From: Armatimonadota bacterium
GTDB lineage: Bacteria; Armatimonadota; JAAZEB01
Direction: 5' to 3'
NCBI GenBank assembly: GCA_016199585.1
Contig: JACQGM010000105.1
Location: 1-62,992 of the forward strand
Length of the DNA: 62,992 bases
In this document: positions 16,956-26,225 of the stretch, one piece after another
Position numbering within the stretch: position 1 is the first letter of the stretch
How the letters are laid out: each line of letters begins with the position of its first letter
The notes under the pieces: generated by a model
Told to the model about the DNA's origin: nothing
Seen by the model: the letters and a program-made list of their open reading frames with translations, nothing else
The model's database searches: none
Position numbers and translations under genes: made by a program

Positions 16956-19466
16956 TCAGTCGGTCTCGTCCCTGGCGCGGAGAGCCACTACGCTCCCGCT
17001 CCCCCAGCGCGCCGCGCGAACCATGAGCCGGTTGCCGTCCGTGCGCACTTCCACGGCGCCGTCCTCATCCGTGCGGAAGAGAAGCACCGAGCGGCCCAGC
17101 GCCCGTTTCACCGCCGCCGGGTGGGGCAGGTCGTACCGGCTCTCCTGCCCCACGCTGATCACTGCCAATCGGGGGGCGACGGCGTCCAGGAATGCCTCGC
17201 TGGAGGAACCGCCGCTGCCGTGGTGCGCCACCTTCAGCACCATGGCGCGCAGCGGCGCACCCGATGCCCGCAGCCGCTCCTCGGTGGCCGCGCCGATGTC
17301 TCCCGTCAGGAGGAAGGAGACCTGCCCGAAGTCCACGCGGAGAACGAGGCTGCTCTCGTTCTCCGCATCATCGCCATCCCGCTCCGGTGCGCCTTCGGGC
17401 GGACTGAGCACCGTGATGCGGGTGTCGGGGTCCAGCAGCCACGAAGTGCCGGCGCGGGCCCGCAGCACCGGAACGGATTGTCGCCGGGCGGCGTCGAGGA
17501 GCCGGGCCATGTCCGGGGCGCCGGCATGGAGGCCGGAGACAACCAGCGCGCCCACTGGCAAATCGCGGCAGGCCTCCGCCAATCCCTCGGTGTGGTCCGC
17601 GTGCGGGTGGGTGGCTACGACGTAGTCGAGCCGGCGCGCGCCGCGATGGAGAAGGGCCGGGAGGAGCACGCGCTCTCCGAGGCGGCACGCCTCCTGCTCG
17701 CTGCCCCCGCCATCCACCAATAGCGTTGCCCCGGAGGGTGCCTGCACCAGGGCGCTGTCGCCATGCCCCACGTCGAGGAAGGTGACGCGCAGCACCCGCT
17801 GGCGCGGAGCCATGCGCCAGGCGGCGAGCGTCGCGGCCAGGACGAGGGAGAGCGCGAGCGCGGTGGCGCGGTGGTTGGGTGGACGGGTGGTTGGGGAGTC
17901 CAGCGCTCGGACGGCAGAATCGTCTGCCGCCGACACACCCGCCGTCCACCCAACCACCCGACCGCCCAACCACCGGATGAGCCGGGGCAGCAGGCCGAGG
18001 GCGCCAAAGCAGAGGGCCACCTGGAGGCCGTTGGGCGGCACCACCCAGACGTGCCCGCCGGGGATGCCCGCGCAGCCGCGCGCCACGGCGCGCAGCAGCG
18101 CCAGCAAGGGCAGGTTGACCGTGTCCAGCGCCCAGGCCGCCGCGGGAGAGACGAGGCCCGCGAGCGCCCCGGCAAGGCCGCCGGCGAGGAGCAGACCCGC
18201 CAGCGGCACCGCCGCCAGGTTGGCCAGCACGCCCACGGGGGCAGCCCGGCAGAACCAGTGGGCGATGACCGGCGCCGTGGCGAGTTGCGCGGCGATGGAG
18301 GCCGGCACCACCAGCCAGAACCGGCGGTGGCGCTCCGGCAGCCGCTGCCAGATCCAGCGCGGACGCGGGGGCAGGAGCTTCGCGATGGGGGAAGTGAGGT
18401 GCAGCAGGCCCCACACCGCGGCGAACGAGAGCTGGAACCCGATGTCAAAGAGGGCCGGCGGGTCGAGCGCCAGGATGCCGAGGGCGGCCAGTGAGAGGAG
18501 CGAGAGGGGGTCGCTCTTCCGACCGAGCACCAGCCCGGCGGTCAGGGCCACGCTCATCGCCCCGGCGCGCAGGATCGACGGGCCGCCGCCGGCCATCAGC
18601 CCGTAGAGCCAGGCGGCGGCGAAGGCGATCCCCACGTAGAGCCACCGCGGCAGCCAGAGCCAGCGCAGCATCGGCAGCAGCGCCAGCACGATGAGCGACA
18701 CCTGCGCCCCGGAGGCGACCAGCAGGTGGGTGATGCCCGCGTCCCGGAAGTCGCGCTCCAGCGCCTCCGGCACGGCCGCCGCCCGCGTCCCGAAGACCAG
18801 GCTGTTCAGCAGCGCGGCGTCGTCCGGGGCCAGGGCTGCGTGGTGGGCGGCCAACAGCCGCTCGCGGAGCCGCCACGCCAGCCGCCGGTCCCAGCGCACG
18901 TCCGCCCGCGGGATGGGTCGGAGGAAGGCACTGCGGGCGTAGAGCTGCGCATGGAGGTGCTGGGGCGCCAAGTAGCGCTCGTTGCTCGTGGCGCCGAAGT
19001 TGGCGAAGCCGCGGATGGGGCGTAGGAAGCCGCTCGCCTCGAACCAGGTGCCGGGCGCGAGTGGTCCGGCGTCCGTGCGCAGGAGAAAGAGCGCGTCCAC
19101 CGCCGTGGCTTCGCCGCGGTGGCGCACCTCCGCCGCGCGCGCCCGGTAGAGCCAACTGCCGGTGCAGGTGGCCCTGGGCTCCTGGAGGACCTGGCCGACC
19201 AGGGTGACGCGGTGGTGCGCCCACGCGGCCAGGACGTTCGGGTGGCCGGCGCGGTCGTTGGCCTCGGCGAACGCTCCGGCCGCCAGGGCCAGGGCGCCAA
19301 GCGCCGGCAGCGCCAATCGGGGCGCGGCACGAAGAGCGGCGAGCGCCACGAAGCCTGCGGCCGCAGCGGCCCCGAGGAGCGGGCGCGGCGGTGAGAGACC
19401 GGCGCCGGAGAGGGCAACGCCGGCCGCGAAGGCGACCGTGAATAGCGGCAGCGGCTGAAGTCGCAC
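16956..19466 (-). CDS. comEC: ComEC/Rec2 DNA internalization competence protein
   Basis: It has an N-terminal TM/OB region, a multi-TM competence domain and a C-terminal metallo-beta-lactamase domain ('VTFLDVGHGDSALV', 'HPHADHTEGL', 'LKVAHHGS'). Confidence 0.9.
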   Translation of the reverse strand: MRLQPLPLFTVAFAAGVALSGAGLSPPRPLLGAAAAAGFVALAALRAAPRLALPALGALALAAGAFAEANDRAGHPNVLAAWAHHRVTLVGQVLQEPRATCTGSWLYRARAAEVRHRGEATAVDALFLLRTDAGPLAPGTWFEASGFLRPIRGFANFGATSNERYLAPQHLHAQLYARSAFLRPIPRADVRWDRRLAWRLRERLLAAHHAALAPDDAALLNSLVFGTRAAAVPEALERDFRDAGITHLLVASGAQVSLIVLALLPMLRWLWLPRWLYVGIAFAAAWLYGLMAGGGPSILRAGAMSVALTAGLVLGRKSDPLSLLSLAALGILALDPPALFDIGFQLSFAAVWGLLHLTSPIAKLLPPRPRWIWQRLPERHRRFWLVVPASIAAQLATAPVIAHWFCRAAPVGVLANLAAVPLAGLLLAGGLAGALAGLVSPAAAWALDTVNLPLLALLRAVARGCAGIPGGHVWVVPPNGLQVALCFGALGLLPRLIRWLGGRVVGWTAGVSAADDSAVRALDSPTTRPPNHRATALALSLVLAATLAAWRMAPRQRVLRVTFLDVGHGDSALVQAPSGATLLVDGGGSEQEACRLGERVLLPALLHRGARRLDYVVATHPHADHTEGLAEACRDLPVGALVVSGLHAGAPDMARLLDAARRQSVPVLRARAGTSWLLDPDTRITVLSPPEGAPERDGDDAENESSLVLRVDFGQVSFLLTGDIGAATEERLRASGAPLRAMVLKVAHHGSGGSSSEAFLDAVAPRLAVISVGQESRYDLPHPAAVKRALGRSVLLFRTDEDGAVEVRTDGNRLMVRAARWGSGSVVALRARDETD

Positions 19467-20084
19467 GGGCTCGGGCCGGGATCCGGCCGTTCACCTCCTC
19501 AGGAGTGAGCTGGGCACCCCTCTCTTCCACGGGGGGCGGCCCGTTCCCTTCCTGGCGCGCTCGGCGCCACCAGTGTCGGTCTTGCCTTCGGGCAGTCTGC
19601 GATGGCTGTTGCTCAGATGCGGCTGCGCAGTTCTTGCCGGATCGGGCCTGGCCGGAGAACGGCCCGCCGGTCGCAGGAATTCGGCATAGAGGGGTCTTGG
19701 GTGGCATAGCGCCGTGCTGCGAACCGGCTCGGCGCCGAACAGCCACTGGGTGAGCTACCTGGACCGCCATCTCGACTTGCGCGCACCCGTCTCATCATGC
19801 TCTCTTGAGCGTTACCTCATGGCCCATTGTCCCCAGGCGCTTCTCTAGCCTTCGTGCCATTGTATCATGTATCATGAATGCGCTGGTCGAAGAAGTCCAG
19901 CCCCAGGTCTTTGTAGGCCCACACCGATCCCGTTGCGCGGGGGCGCCTCTACGCCGGGGCGGTGCGCCATCGGCTGGGGCATGGGGGCGAAGGAGACGGG
20001 CGTGCAGGCTCGTTGAGCCCGGACTGCACGCTCCGCGCCGGTCCCTCAACACCGAGGATGCCCCACTAAACGCCCGTTTGCCTC

Positions 20085-20114
20085 TTGACAGCCCCGCAGT
20101 TCCGGTCATATAAT
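20085..20114 (+). promoter_or_regulatory. consensus sigma70 promoter of the MarR-family gene
   Basis: TTGACA (20085-20090), 18-nt spacer, TATAAT (20109-20114). The ATG at 20123 lies only 8 nt after the -10 box, which implies a leaderless or near-leaderless mRNA. Confidence 0.6.
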
Positions 20115-20115
20115 G

Positions 20116-20146
20116 TTCATATATGAATAATGCGCTCGTGAATAAT
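20116..20146. promoter_or_regulatory. candidate MarR operator (palindrome plus direct repeat)
   Basis: A perfect 12-bp palindrome TTCATATATGAA (20116-20127) spans the start codon. RTGAATAAT is repeated at 20123-20131 and 20138-20146. Confidence 0.4.
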
Positions 20147-20632
20147 CTGCCCGATCCGCACGGTGGCGACGAGGTCCTCCAGGAGCTGCTGCGCGCTTCG
20201 CGCGTCGTCTACCGGTGGCTGGGGGCGCGGCTGGAGGTCATGGGGCTGACACCGGCGCAGTTGGAGGTGCTCGACGCGGTGCGGCAGAGCGAGGGCCTCC
20301 CCCTGAGCCGGCTGCGCGATGCCCTCTGCTGCGTCGGCAGCAACGTGACGGCGCTGGTGGACCGCATGGAGCGCGAGGGCCTGGTGGAGCGCCGGCGCGA
20401 CGGCGCGGACCGGCGTGTGGTTCGGCTCTTCCTCGGCCCGGCCGGGCGCGAGAAGCTGGCGCGCCTGGGGGATCCCCGGGAGTGCTGCCCCGAGACCCTG
20501 GCGGCGCTCTCTCCCGCCGAGCGGCGCCGGCTTGTGAGTCTTCTCCGAAAGCTGGTGGAGGGTCTGGGGGGCGCCTGTGCCCGGTGCGACGCCGGTGGCG
20601 AGCCGCGGGTGAGCGCGGATGGCGAGACGTGA
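20123..20632 (+). CDS. MarR-family transcriptional regulator
   Basis: Winged-helix core 'LTPAQLEVLDAVRQSEGLPLSRLRDALCCVGSNVTALVDRMEREGLVERRRDGADRRVVRLFL'. Confidence 0.85.
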   Translation: MNNALVNNLPDPHGGDEVLQELLRASRVVYRWLGARLEVMGLTPAQLEVLDAVRQSEGLPLSRLRDALCCVGSNVTALVDRMEREGLVERRRDGADRRVVRLFLGPAGREKLARLGDPRECCPETLAALSPAERRRLVSLLRKLVEGLGGACARCDAGGEPRVSADGET

Positions 20633-20655
20633 TTGGGCGAGAGTGAGGAGAACGC

Positions 20656-21537
20656 ATGAGTGAGGAGCGACCGGTGGTTGACGAGAAGGGATCGGCGTGT
20701 CGTGAGAGCGGCGCGTCCTGCTGCGGCACCGCGGCGGGCGCGGCGCCGGCGGACGTGAAGGCGCTGGTGCGCGAGGCATATGGCCGGATCGGTGCCGGCG
20801 AGCGCCAGGGGTGCGGCTGCGGCTGCGGCAGCGCCGCCCGGGTCTCGGCGCACCTCGGATACGGGACGGCCGACCTCTCCGCCGTGCCCGATGGCGCCAA
20901 CCTAGGCCTCGGCTGCGGCAACCCCACGGCGCTCGCCAGCCTGCAGCCGGGCGAGACGGTTCTCGACCTCGGGTCGGGCGGCGGCCTGGACTGCTTCCTG
21001 GCGGCGAAGCGGGTGGGCCTGGCCGGCAAGGTCATCGGCGTGGACATGACCCCGGAGATGATCGAGCGCGCCCGCGACAACGCGCAGCGCGGCGGCTACA
21101 TCAACGTCGAGTTCCGCCAGGGCGACATCGAGGCGCTCCCGGTTGCCGGCGCCAGCGTTGACGTGGTGATCAGCAACTGCGTGCTCAACCTGGTGCCGGA
21201 CAAGGCCCGGGCTTTCGGGGAGATCTCCCGCGTGCTGAAGCCGGGCGGGCGCATGATGGTCTCCGACATGGTGCTCTCCCGCCCGCTCCCCGCGTGGGTG
21301 AAGGAGCTGGGCTCGGCCTACACCGCGTGCGTCGCCGGGGCCGCCCTGCGCGACGACTACCTGCGCCTGATCCGCGAGGCGGGTTTGGGCGATGTGGATG
21401 TCCTGGATGAGCGCGACGCCGCCGCGATGTTCGTGAACGCCAACGATCCCCTGGTGAGCCGCCTTCTCGGGGGGAATGCCCTGGAGGACCTTCGCGGGGC
21501 GGTGTTGAGCATCAGCGTGCGCGCGGTGAAGGGGTGA
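20656..21537 (+). CDS. arsM: arsenite S-adenosylmethionine methyltransferase (ArsM-like)
   Basis: GAGGAG RBS. It has a Cys-rich N-terminus ('SCCGT', 'GCGCGCG'). '[53 protein letters not shown]', '[13 protein letters not shown]' and 'YTACVAGA' match the ArsM signature. Confidence 0.85.
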   Translation: MSEERPVVDEKGSACRESGASCCGTAAGAAPADVKALVREAYGRIGAGERQGCGCGCGSAARVSAHLGYGTADLSAVPDGANLGLGCGNPTALASLQPGETVLDLGSGGGLDCFLAAKRVGLAGKVIGVDMTPEMIERARDNAQRGGYINVEFRQGDIEALPVAGASVDVVISNCVLNLVPDKARAFGEISRVLKPGGRMMVSDMVLSRPLPAWVKELGSAYTACVAGAALRDDYLRLIREAGLGDVDVLDERDAAAMFVNANDPLVSRLLGGNALEDLRGAVLSISVRAVKG

Positions 21538-21584
21538 CGCGGGGCTTGGGACATCGGCCAACTCTCGACGCGGGGCCGGAAACC

Positions 21585-21593
21585 TGATATAAT
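21585..21593 (+). promoter_or_regulatory. extended -10 promoter element
   Basis: TGATATAAT (TG-n-TATAAT) lies in the arsM-metallophosphoesterase intergenic region. The -35 (TCGACG) is only weak. Confidence 0.4.
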
Positions 21594-21674
21594 CCAAGCC
21601 GTGGGCGCATCCCCGAACGGTTGTGTGATGCTCCCGTTCGCTGGGGGAGAGACTGCTGCCCGCGGGAGCCGGCT

Positions 21675-22493
21675 TTGCGCGTCTTGACGCTGCTGCACAC
21701 CAGTGATATGCACCACCGGCTGACGGCGGAGGCCGCAGAGCGACTCCGGGCGCTGAAGGCGCGGGAGACGCGCGCGCTGCTCGTGGACGCCGGCGATGCG
21801 ATCCGCGCGGGCAACCTGGGCATCACCCCCTGGGGAGAGCGGGCGCTGGAGTGGATGCGGCTCGCCGGCTACGACGCGATGGCGGTCGGGAACCGTGAGA
21901 CGCACCCGTGGTCCCGGGCAGTGCGCGCCAAGGTGGGACGGGCATCCTTCCCGGTGCTCTGCGCGAACGTGAGCGGCCCGGGGGTCGCCGAGGGATCGTT
22001 CGAGGCGGTGCCGGTGGGAGACCTCCCCTGCTTCGGCCGGGATCGGGCGCTCTACCGGAGTCACGTGCTCGCGCAGCTCCCCGGCGGCCTGCGGGTGGCC
22101 CTCTTCGGGCTCACCGTGCCGATGGTCCGGGGCACCTCCGCGGCGCGATGGGTCGGCGCCTATCGGTTTGCCGACCCGCTGGAGACGGCGCGCCGGCTCG
22201 TGCCCCTCCTGGCGCCCCGCGCCGATCTGGTGGTGGCGCTCACGCACCTGGGGCTGGAGAGGGACCGCGAGCTGGCGCGGCAGGTGGATGGCATGGACGT
22301 CATCGTCGGGGGGCATAGCCACAGCCTGCCGGATGAGCCGGAGCGAGTGAACGGCACGATGATCCTGCACGCCGGCCATTACGCCCGTTTCGTAGGGAAG
22401 GCGGAGATCAGTTTGGAGAGCCGACCGGTGTCGGTGCGCTGGACCCGGGTCCCCCTCGGGGAGGCGCGTGGAGGGACCCAGCCACGGCCCTGA
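21675..22493 (+). CDS. metallophosphoesterase (5'-nucleotidase/UshA N-terminal-like)
   Basis: ORF 21621-22493, with a probable TTG start at 21675. Calcineurin-like motifs are present: 'LHTSDMHH', 'VDAGDAIRAGN', 'GNRETH' (Arg where GNHE is usual) and 'IVGGHSH'. Confidence 0.7.
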   Translation: MRVLTLLHTSDMHHRLTAEAAERLRALKARETRALLVDAGDAIRAGNLGITPWGERALEWMRLAGYDAMAVGNRETHPWSRAVRAKVGRASFPVLCANVSGPGVAEGSFEAVPVGDLPCFGRDRALYRSHVLAQLPGGLRVALFGLTVPMVRGTSAARWVGAYRFADPLETARRLVPLLAPRADLVVALTHLGLERDRELARQVDGMDVIVGGHSHSLPDEPERVNGTMILHAGHYARFVGKAEISLESRPVSVRWTRVPLGEARGGTQPRP

Positions 22494-24514
22494 TGGCGCT
22501 GCTGATACTCCTGGTCGTGTCCGCTATCGCGCTGGGCGTGGGCGCGCGCGCGCTCCGGGGCCTCGGCCTGGAGGAGGAGCCGGCGCCCGATCGTGCCTGC
22601 TTCGCGCTCGGCATCGGCCTGGGATGCACCGCCTACGGCGTGTTGGCGCTCGGGTTGGTCCGGCAGCTTGCGCCCATCCCCGTTGGCGTACTGCTGCTGG
22701 GGCTGGCGGCCCTCGGCGCCCGGCCGGGCCTCGCGCTCGCCAGGGAGGGAGCGGCGTCGCTGCGGCGCCGGGGCGCGGGCGGGTCCGCCCTGGCGGCCGT
22801 CACCGGCGGCGCCCTGGCGTTCCTGCTCCTGCTGGCCCTGGCGGCGGCGCTGGCGCCTCCCTCCGGCGGCGACTGGGACGGCCTCTCCTACCACCTGGCG
22901 GACCCGGCGATCTACATCCGCCGCCGCGGCATCGTCTACCTCTTCTGGGAGTCGCACTCCAACTTCCCCTTCACGGTGGAGATGCTCTACGCCATCGGCT
23001 TGCTCCTGAAGAGCCCCGAGGGAGCGCGCCTCTTCCACTGGCTCTACCTGGCGCTGGCCTGCCTCACTCTGGCATCCGCCTGGCGTCGCCTCTGGCCCGA
23101 CGCGCCGCCGGGCGCCCGCTGGCTGGCGCCCCTTCTCCTGGCGGCCACGCCGATGCTCTTCTGGTGCGCCACCGTCGCCTACATCGACCTGGCGCTGATG
23201 GCCTACACCCTCCTTGCGCTCTACGCAACGTGGCTCTGGGCGCGCACCGCGCGGGGCGGATGGCTGTGGGCCTCGGGGATCTGCCTCGGCCTCGCGCTGG
23301 GCGTCAAGATGACGGGCGGGCTGACCGCGCTCCTGCTGGCTCCCGTGGTTCTGGTCATCGGGTGGCGTGCGGGAGCGGCGGTGCGCTCCCTCCTGGCCTG
23401 GGGCGGAATCGCCGCGGCGGTGGCGGCACCGTGGTACATCAAGAGTTACCTCTACACGGGGAATCCGGTCTACCCCTTCTTCTACCACCTCTTCCCTCAG
23501 ACGCGCTATTGGAACGCCGGCATCGCCGCCACCTATGCCGAGCACCAGGCGGGGTTCGGGCTGGGGCGCGGCCTCCGCCACCTGCTGGCGGCGCCGTGGG
23601 ACCTGGTGGCGCACCCGGACCGGTTCAGCGACGGCCCGGCGTCATTCCAGATCCTGTTCGAGTCGACCGGGCCGGCGCTCCTCGCCCTGGCGCCGGCCGT
23701 CCTGCTGCTGCGCCGCCGCGATCCCCTGGCGTGGGGGATGCTCCTCTTCACGGCCGTCTACGGCCTGATCTGGTTCCACCTGACCCAGCAGACGCGCTAC
23801 CTGGTGCCGGTCTTCCCCTTGCTGGCGCTCGTCGGGGCGCGCGGGCTGTGCGGCTTGGGCGTCGGAAGCGCCGCGCGCGAGGGTCCGGCGAGAGAGCGCA
23901 CCCGGCCCGGAGCACCGGCGCGGCGAGAGCGACGGGCACGCTCCGGGACGCGCCGCGCACCCGCGGGGCCGCCCGTCGCGGCGCAGGAACCTCCGATGAA
24001 GCCCGGCGGCGACGGCCTCGGCATCGCTCGCCTGGCGGGGGCCGGCACAGTGGGGATCACGGTGGCGGCGGTGCTCCTCAGCGGCCTCCTGATCGTCGAG
24101 CCGGCGCTCCCGGTGGTGCTGGGTCGGGAGTCGCGGGAGGCCTACCTGAGCCGCACGCTCGATGTCTACCCGGTGTGCGCCTACGCCAACGCGGCCCTGC
24201 CGCCGGACGCGCGCGTGATGCTCATCCACGAGGTGCGCGGGCTCTACCTGGAGCGCGACTACCTGTGGGGGAACGAGGGCCACCACGCGCGCATTCCCTG
24301 GCAGGAGTTCGCCGACGAGGCGGAGATGCGCCGGTTCCTCCGCCGCGAGCTGGGCGTGACCCACGTTCTGATCAACCACCATATCCTGGCGAAGGACGCG
24401 CGCCCCGGGAAGGGGAGTTGGGAGCGCACCCTCTGGGAGGCGATCCACGCCGGCACGCTGGCGCCCGAGTACGAGGCGAGGGGGTTCTCGTTGCACGCGT
24501 TGGCGGGAGAGTAG
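22493..24514 (+). CDS. polytopic membrane protein, GT-C fold (family 39/83-like) glycosyltransferase candidate
   Basis: ATG 22493 overlaps the upstream TGA (TGATG). It has many hydrophobic segments and a first-loop acidic motif 'GGDWDGLSYH'. An Arg-rich low-complexity insert ('AREGPARERTRPGAPARRERRARSG') is followed by a C-terminal soluble domain. Confidence 0.55.
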   Translation: MALLILLVVSAIALGVGARALRGLGLEEEPAPDRACFALGIGLGCTAYGVLALGLVRQLAPIPVGVLLLGLAALGARPGLALAREGAASLRRRGAGGSALAAVTGGALAFLLLLALAAALAPPSGGDWDGLSYHLADPAIYIRRRGIVYLFWESHSNFPFTVEMLYAIGLLLKSPEGARLFHWLYLALACLTLASAWRRLWPDAPPGARWLAPLLLAATPMLFWCATVAYIDLALMAYTLLALYATWLWARTARGGWLWASGICLGLALGVKMTGGLTALLLAPVVLVIGWRAGAAVRSLLAWGGIAAAVAAPWYIKSYLYTGNPVYPFFYHLFPQTRYWNAGIAATYAEHQAGFGLGRGLRHLLAAPWDLVAHPDRFSDGPASFQILFESTGPALLALAPAVLLLRRRDPLAWGMLLFTAVYGLIWFHLTQQTRYLVPVFPLLALVGARGLCGLGVGSAAREGPARERTRPGAPARRERRARSGTRRAPAGPPVAAQEPPMKPGGDGLGIARLAGAGTVGITVAAVLLSGLLIVEPALPVVLGRESREAYLSRTLDVYPVCAYANAALPPDARVMLIHEVRGLYLERDYLWGNEGHHARIPWQEFADEAEMRRFLRRELGVTHVLINHHILAKDARPGKGSWERTLWEAIHAGTLAPEYEARGFSLHALAGE

Positions 24515-24521
24515 GTGTCAC

Positions 24522-24682
24522 CGGAGCCTGAGAGACGGCAGAGACGCTGAGAGGGGAACGCAGAGACCATTGAGATTCACGGAGAACGCTGAGGGTTTCC
24601 GCTTCTTCCTCAGTCCTCTGAGGTTTCTGGCTCCTCTGTTCCTCTGCGTTTGCCTTGCTCAGTGTCCTCTCCGCCTCTCTCG
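24522..24682. repeat. strand-skewed imperfect palindromic intergenic element, copy B
   Basis: A purine-rich arm (GAGACGGCAGAGACGCTGAGAGGGGAACGCAGAG..CACGGAGAACGCTGAGG) faces a pyrimidine-rich arm (CCTCAGTCCTCTGAGG..CCTCTGTTCCTCTGCGTT..GCTCAGTGTCCTCTCC). For example, AACGCAGAG pairs with CTCTGCGTT and CTGAGG with CCTCAG. Confidence 0.5.
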
Positions 24683-24740
24683 CGAGTGAACCGGAAGGCC
24701 CCGACGAATGTCCCGATAAGGGGGAGTGAGCGGAGAGCGC

Positions 24741-26225
24741 ATGGCGAAGCGGCGAAAGAGCAGGTCGGCGGGAGGGATGCCGTCCGGGCGCGGCCGGGAG
24801 GCGAAGGCCGTCGGCGGCAACCGGGCGGCGGCGCGCCCCCCCGTGGCGGCTGCGGGCGCGAAGGCGCTGCCCCTCTGGCGCGGCGGGAGCCCCGGCACGC
24901 GGTGGACGCTCGGGGCGATCCTGGCGGTCTACTTCGCGCTCGGAGGCCTCTACCTCGCCACGGTGCCGTTCGGGCACGCGCCCGACGAGGTGCCGCACCT
25001 CCTCTACGTGCAGGAGCTGGCGGGCGGCCGGCTGCCCGTGCTGCGCCAGGAGGACCGCGCCGGCTTCGAGGCGCACCAGCCGCCGCTGGCCTACGCCCTG
25101 GCGCTGCCGGCCTACCTGGCCGCGGGCGGGCGCGCCGGCGAAGGCGACGGGGCGCCACGGGCGGCCAAGTATGCCGTCCGCGTCACCAGTCTACTCCTCG
25201 GCGCGGTGGTAGTGGTGCTGGTGTTCGCCGGGGTGCGGGCGTGGCTGCCGGGCAATGCCGCGGCCGCGGCCCTGGCGGCGATGGTGGCGGCGTTCGTGCC
25301 GATGCGCCTCGCCGTCTTCTCCTCCTTCAGCAACGACCCCCTGACCGAGGCGGTCTTCACGGCCACGCTGCTGCTGCTCCTGATCGGCGTGCGGGACGGC
25401 TTCGACCGGCGGCGCAGCCTGCTCATCGGGGTGCTGCTGGGAGCCGGCCTGCTGACGAAGAGCACCTGCGCGCTCCTCTTCCTCGTGGCGCTGCTGGCGC
25501 TCTTCCTGGAGTGGCGGCGGCACCGCACTCGCGCGCGGGAGTACCGGGGACACGCAGCGGCGATGGTCGGGGTGGGACTCCTCATCGGCGGGCCGTGGCT
25601 GGCGCGGAACGTCGCCCTCTACGGCGATCCCTTCGCCTGGGGGGTGTTCAACACGTTCTTCGCCGACCGGGCCGGCCCGAAGTACTTCTCGGAGAAGCAG
25701 GGCATGGCGTTCGTGGAGTACCTGCGCTTCGCGGCGGCGGTGACGGCGCGCAGCTTCTGGGGGGTCTTCGACCATGCGAACCTCTGGCTGGGAGGGCCGG
25801 CGCCGCCGCGCCCCGGGATCCGGCCGGACGTCCTGGCGCGAGGGAGCGCGGATGCGCCGATCTACACTCTGTTGAACATCATGGCCTTCCTTCTCGCCGG
25901 CGGCGCTGCTGCCGCGGCCGTGCGGGGATGGCGCCCGCGGGCGGAGTGGCAGCGTGATGTGGCTGCCACCTGGAGCGTGTGCCTCGCGCTCCTGATTGCG
26001 GCGATGGCGCGCTTCACCACCACCTTCATCGCCGGGGCGCAGGCGCGCTATCTCTACCCGGGCGTGCTCCCCATCACCGCGGCGATGGCGCTCGGCTGGC
26101 TGGCGCTCTGCCCGCGCCGCTGGCGCGCGCCCCGGGCCGCCGTCGGCGGGGTGCTGCTGGCCGCTCTGGCGGTCTACGCCTGGCACGGCACGCTGCTGCG
26201 CATCTTCGGAAAGGTCGGGTGGTGA
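24741..26225 (+). CDS. polytopic membrane protein, GT-C fold (ArnT/PMT-like) glycosyltransferase candidate
   Basis: ORF 24726-26225, with ATG 24741 preferred. It has a basic N-terminus, about 10 or more TM segments and a first-loop motif 'FGHAPDEVPHLLYV'. Confidence 0.55.
   Translation: MAKRRKSRSAGGMPSGRGREAKAVGGNRAAARPPVAAAGAKALPLWRGGSPGTRWTLGAILAVYFALGGLYLATVPFGHAPDEVPHLLYVQELAGGRLPVLRQEDRAGFEAHQPPLAYALALPAYLAAGGRAGEGDGAPRAAKYAVRVTSLLLGAVVVVLVFAGVRAWLPGNAAAAALAAMVAAFVPMRLAVFSSFSNDPLTEAVFTATLLLLLIGVRDGFDRRRSLLIGVLLGAGLLTKSTCALLFLVALLALFLEWRRHRTRAREYRGHAAAMVGVGLLIGGPWLARNVALYGDPFAWGVFNTFFADRAGPKYFSEKQGMAFVEYLRFAAAVTARSFWGVFDHANLWLGGPAPPRPGIRPDVLARGSADAPIYTLLNIMAFLLAGGAAAAAVRGWRPRAEWQRDVAATWSVCLALLIAAMARFTTTFIAGAQARYLYPGVLPITAAMALGWLALCPRRWRAPRAAVGGVLLAALAVYAWHGTLLRIFGKVGW

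Noticed and set aside
19467-20084. A 620-bp region without genes between the divergent comEC and marR genes. It has a lower-GC core (about 19795-19900), small ORFs (19613-19798 minus, 19805-20113 plus) and a TGATACAAT element on the minus strand.
   Set aside because: The ORF translations are low complexity, lack RBSs and are interrupted by stops in the only frame that looks protein-like ('..WAYKDLGLDFFDQRIHDT'). I could not define a fold or family. The extended -10-like element has only a poor -35. I left the region unannotated.
22468-24531. An alternative plus-strand frame of 687 aa overlapping the GT-C-like gene. A similar alternative frame lies at 24650-25957, overlapping the second GT-C-like gene.
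   Set aside because: The chosen frames encode regularly spaced hydrophobic TM segments. The alternative frames give Arg/Pro/Gly-rich sequence with no features.
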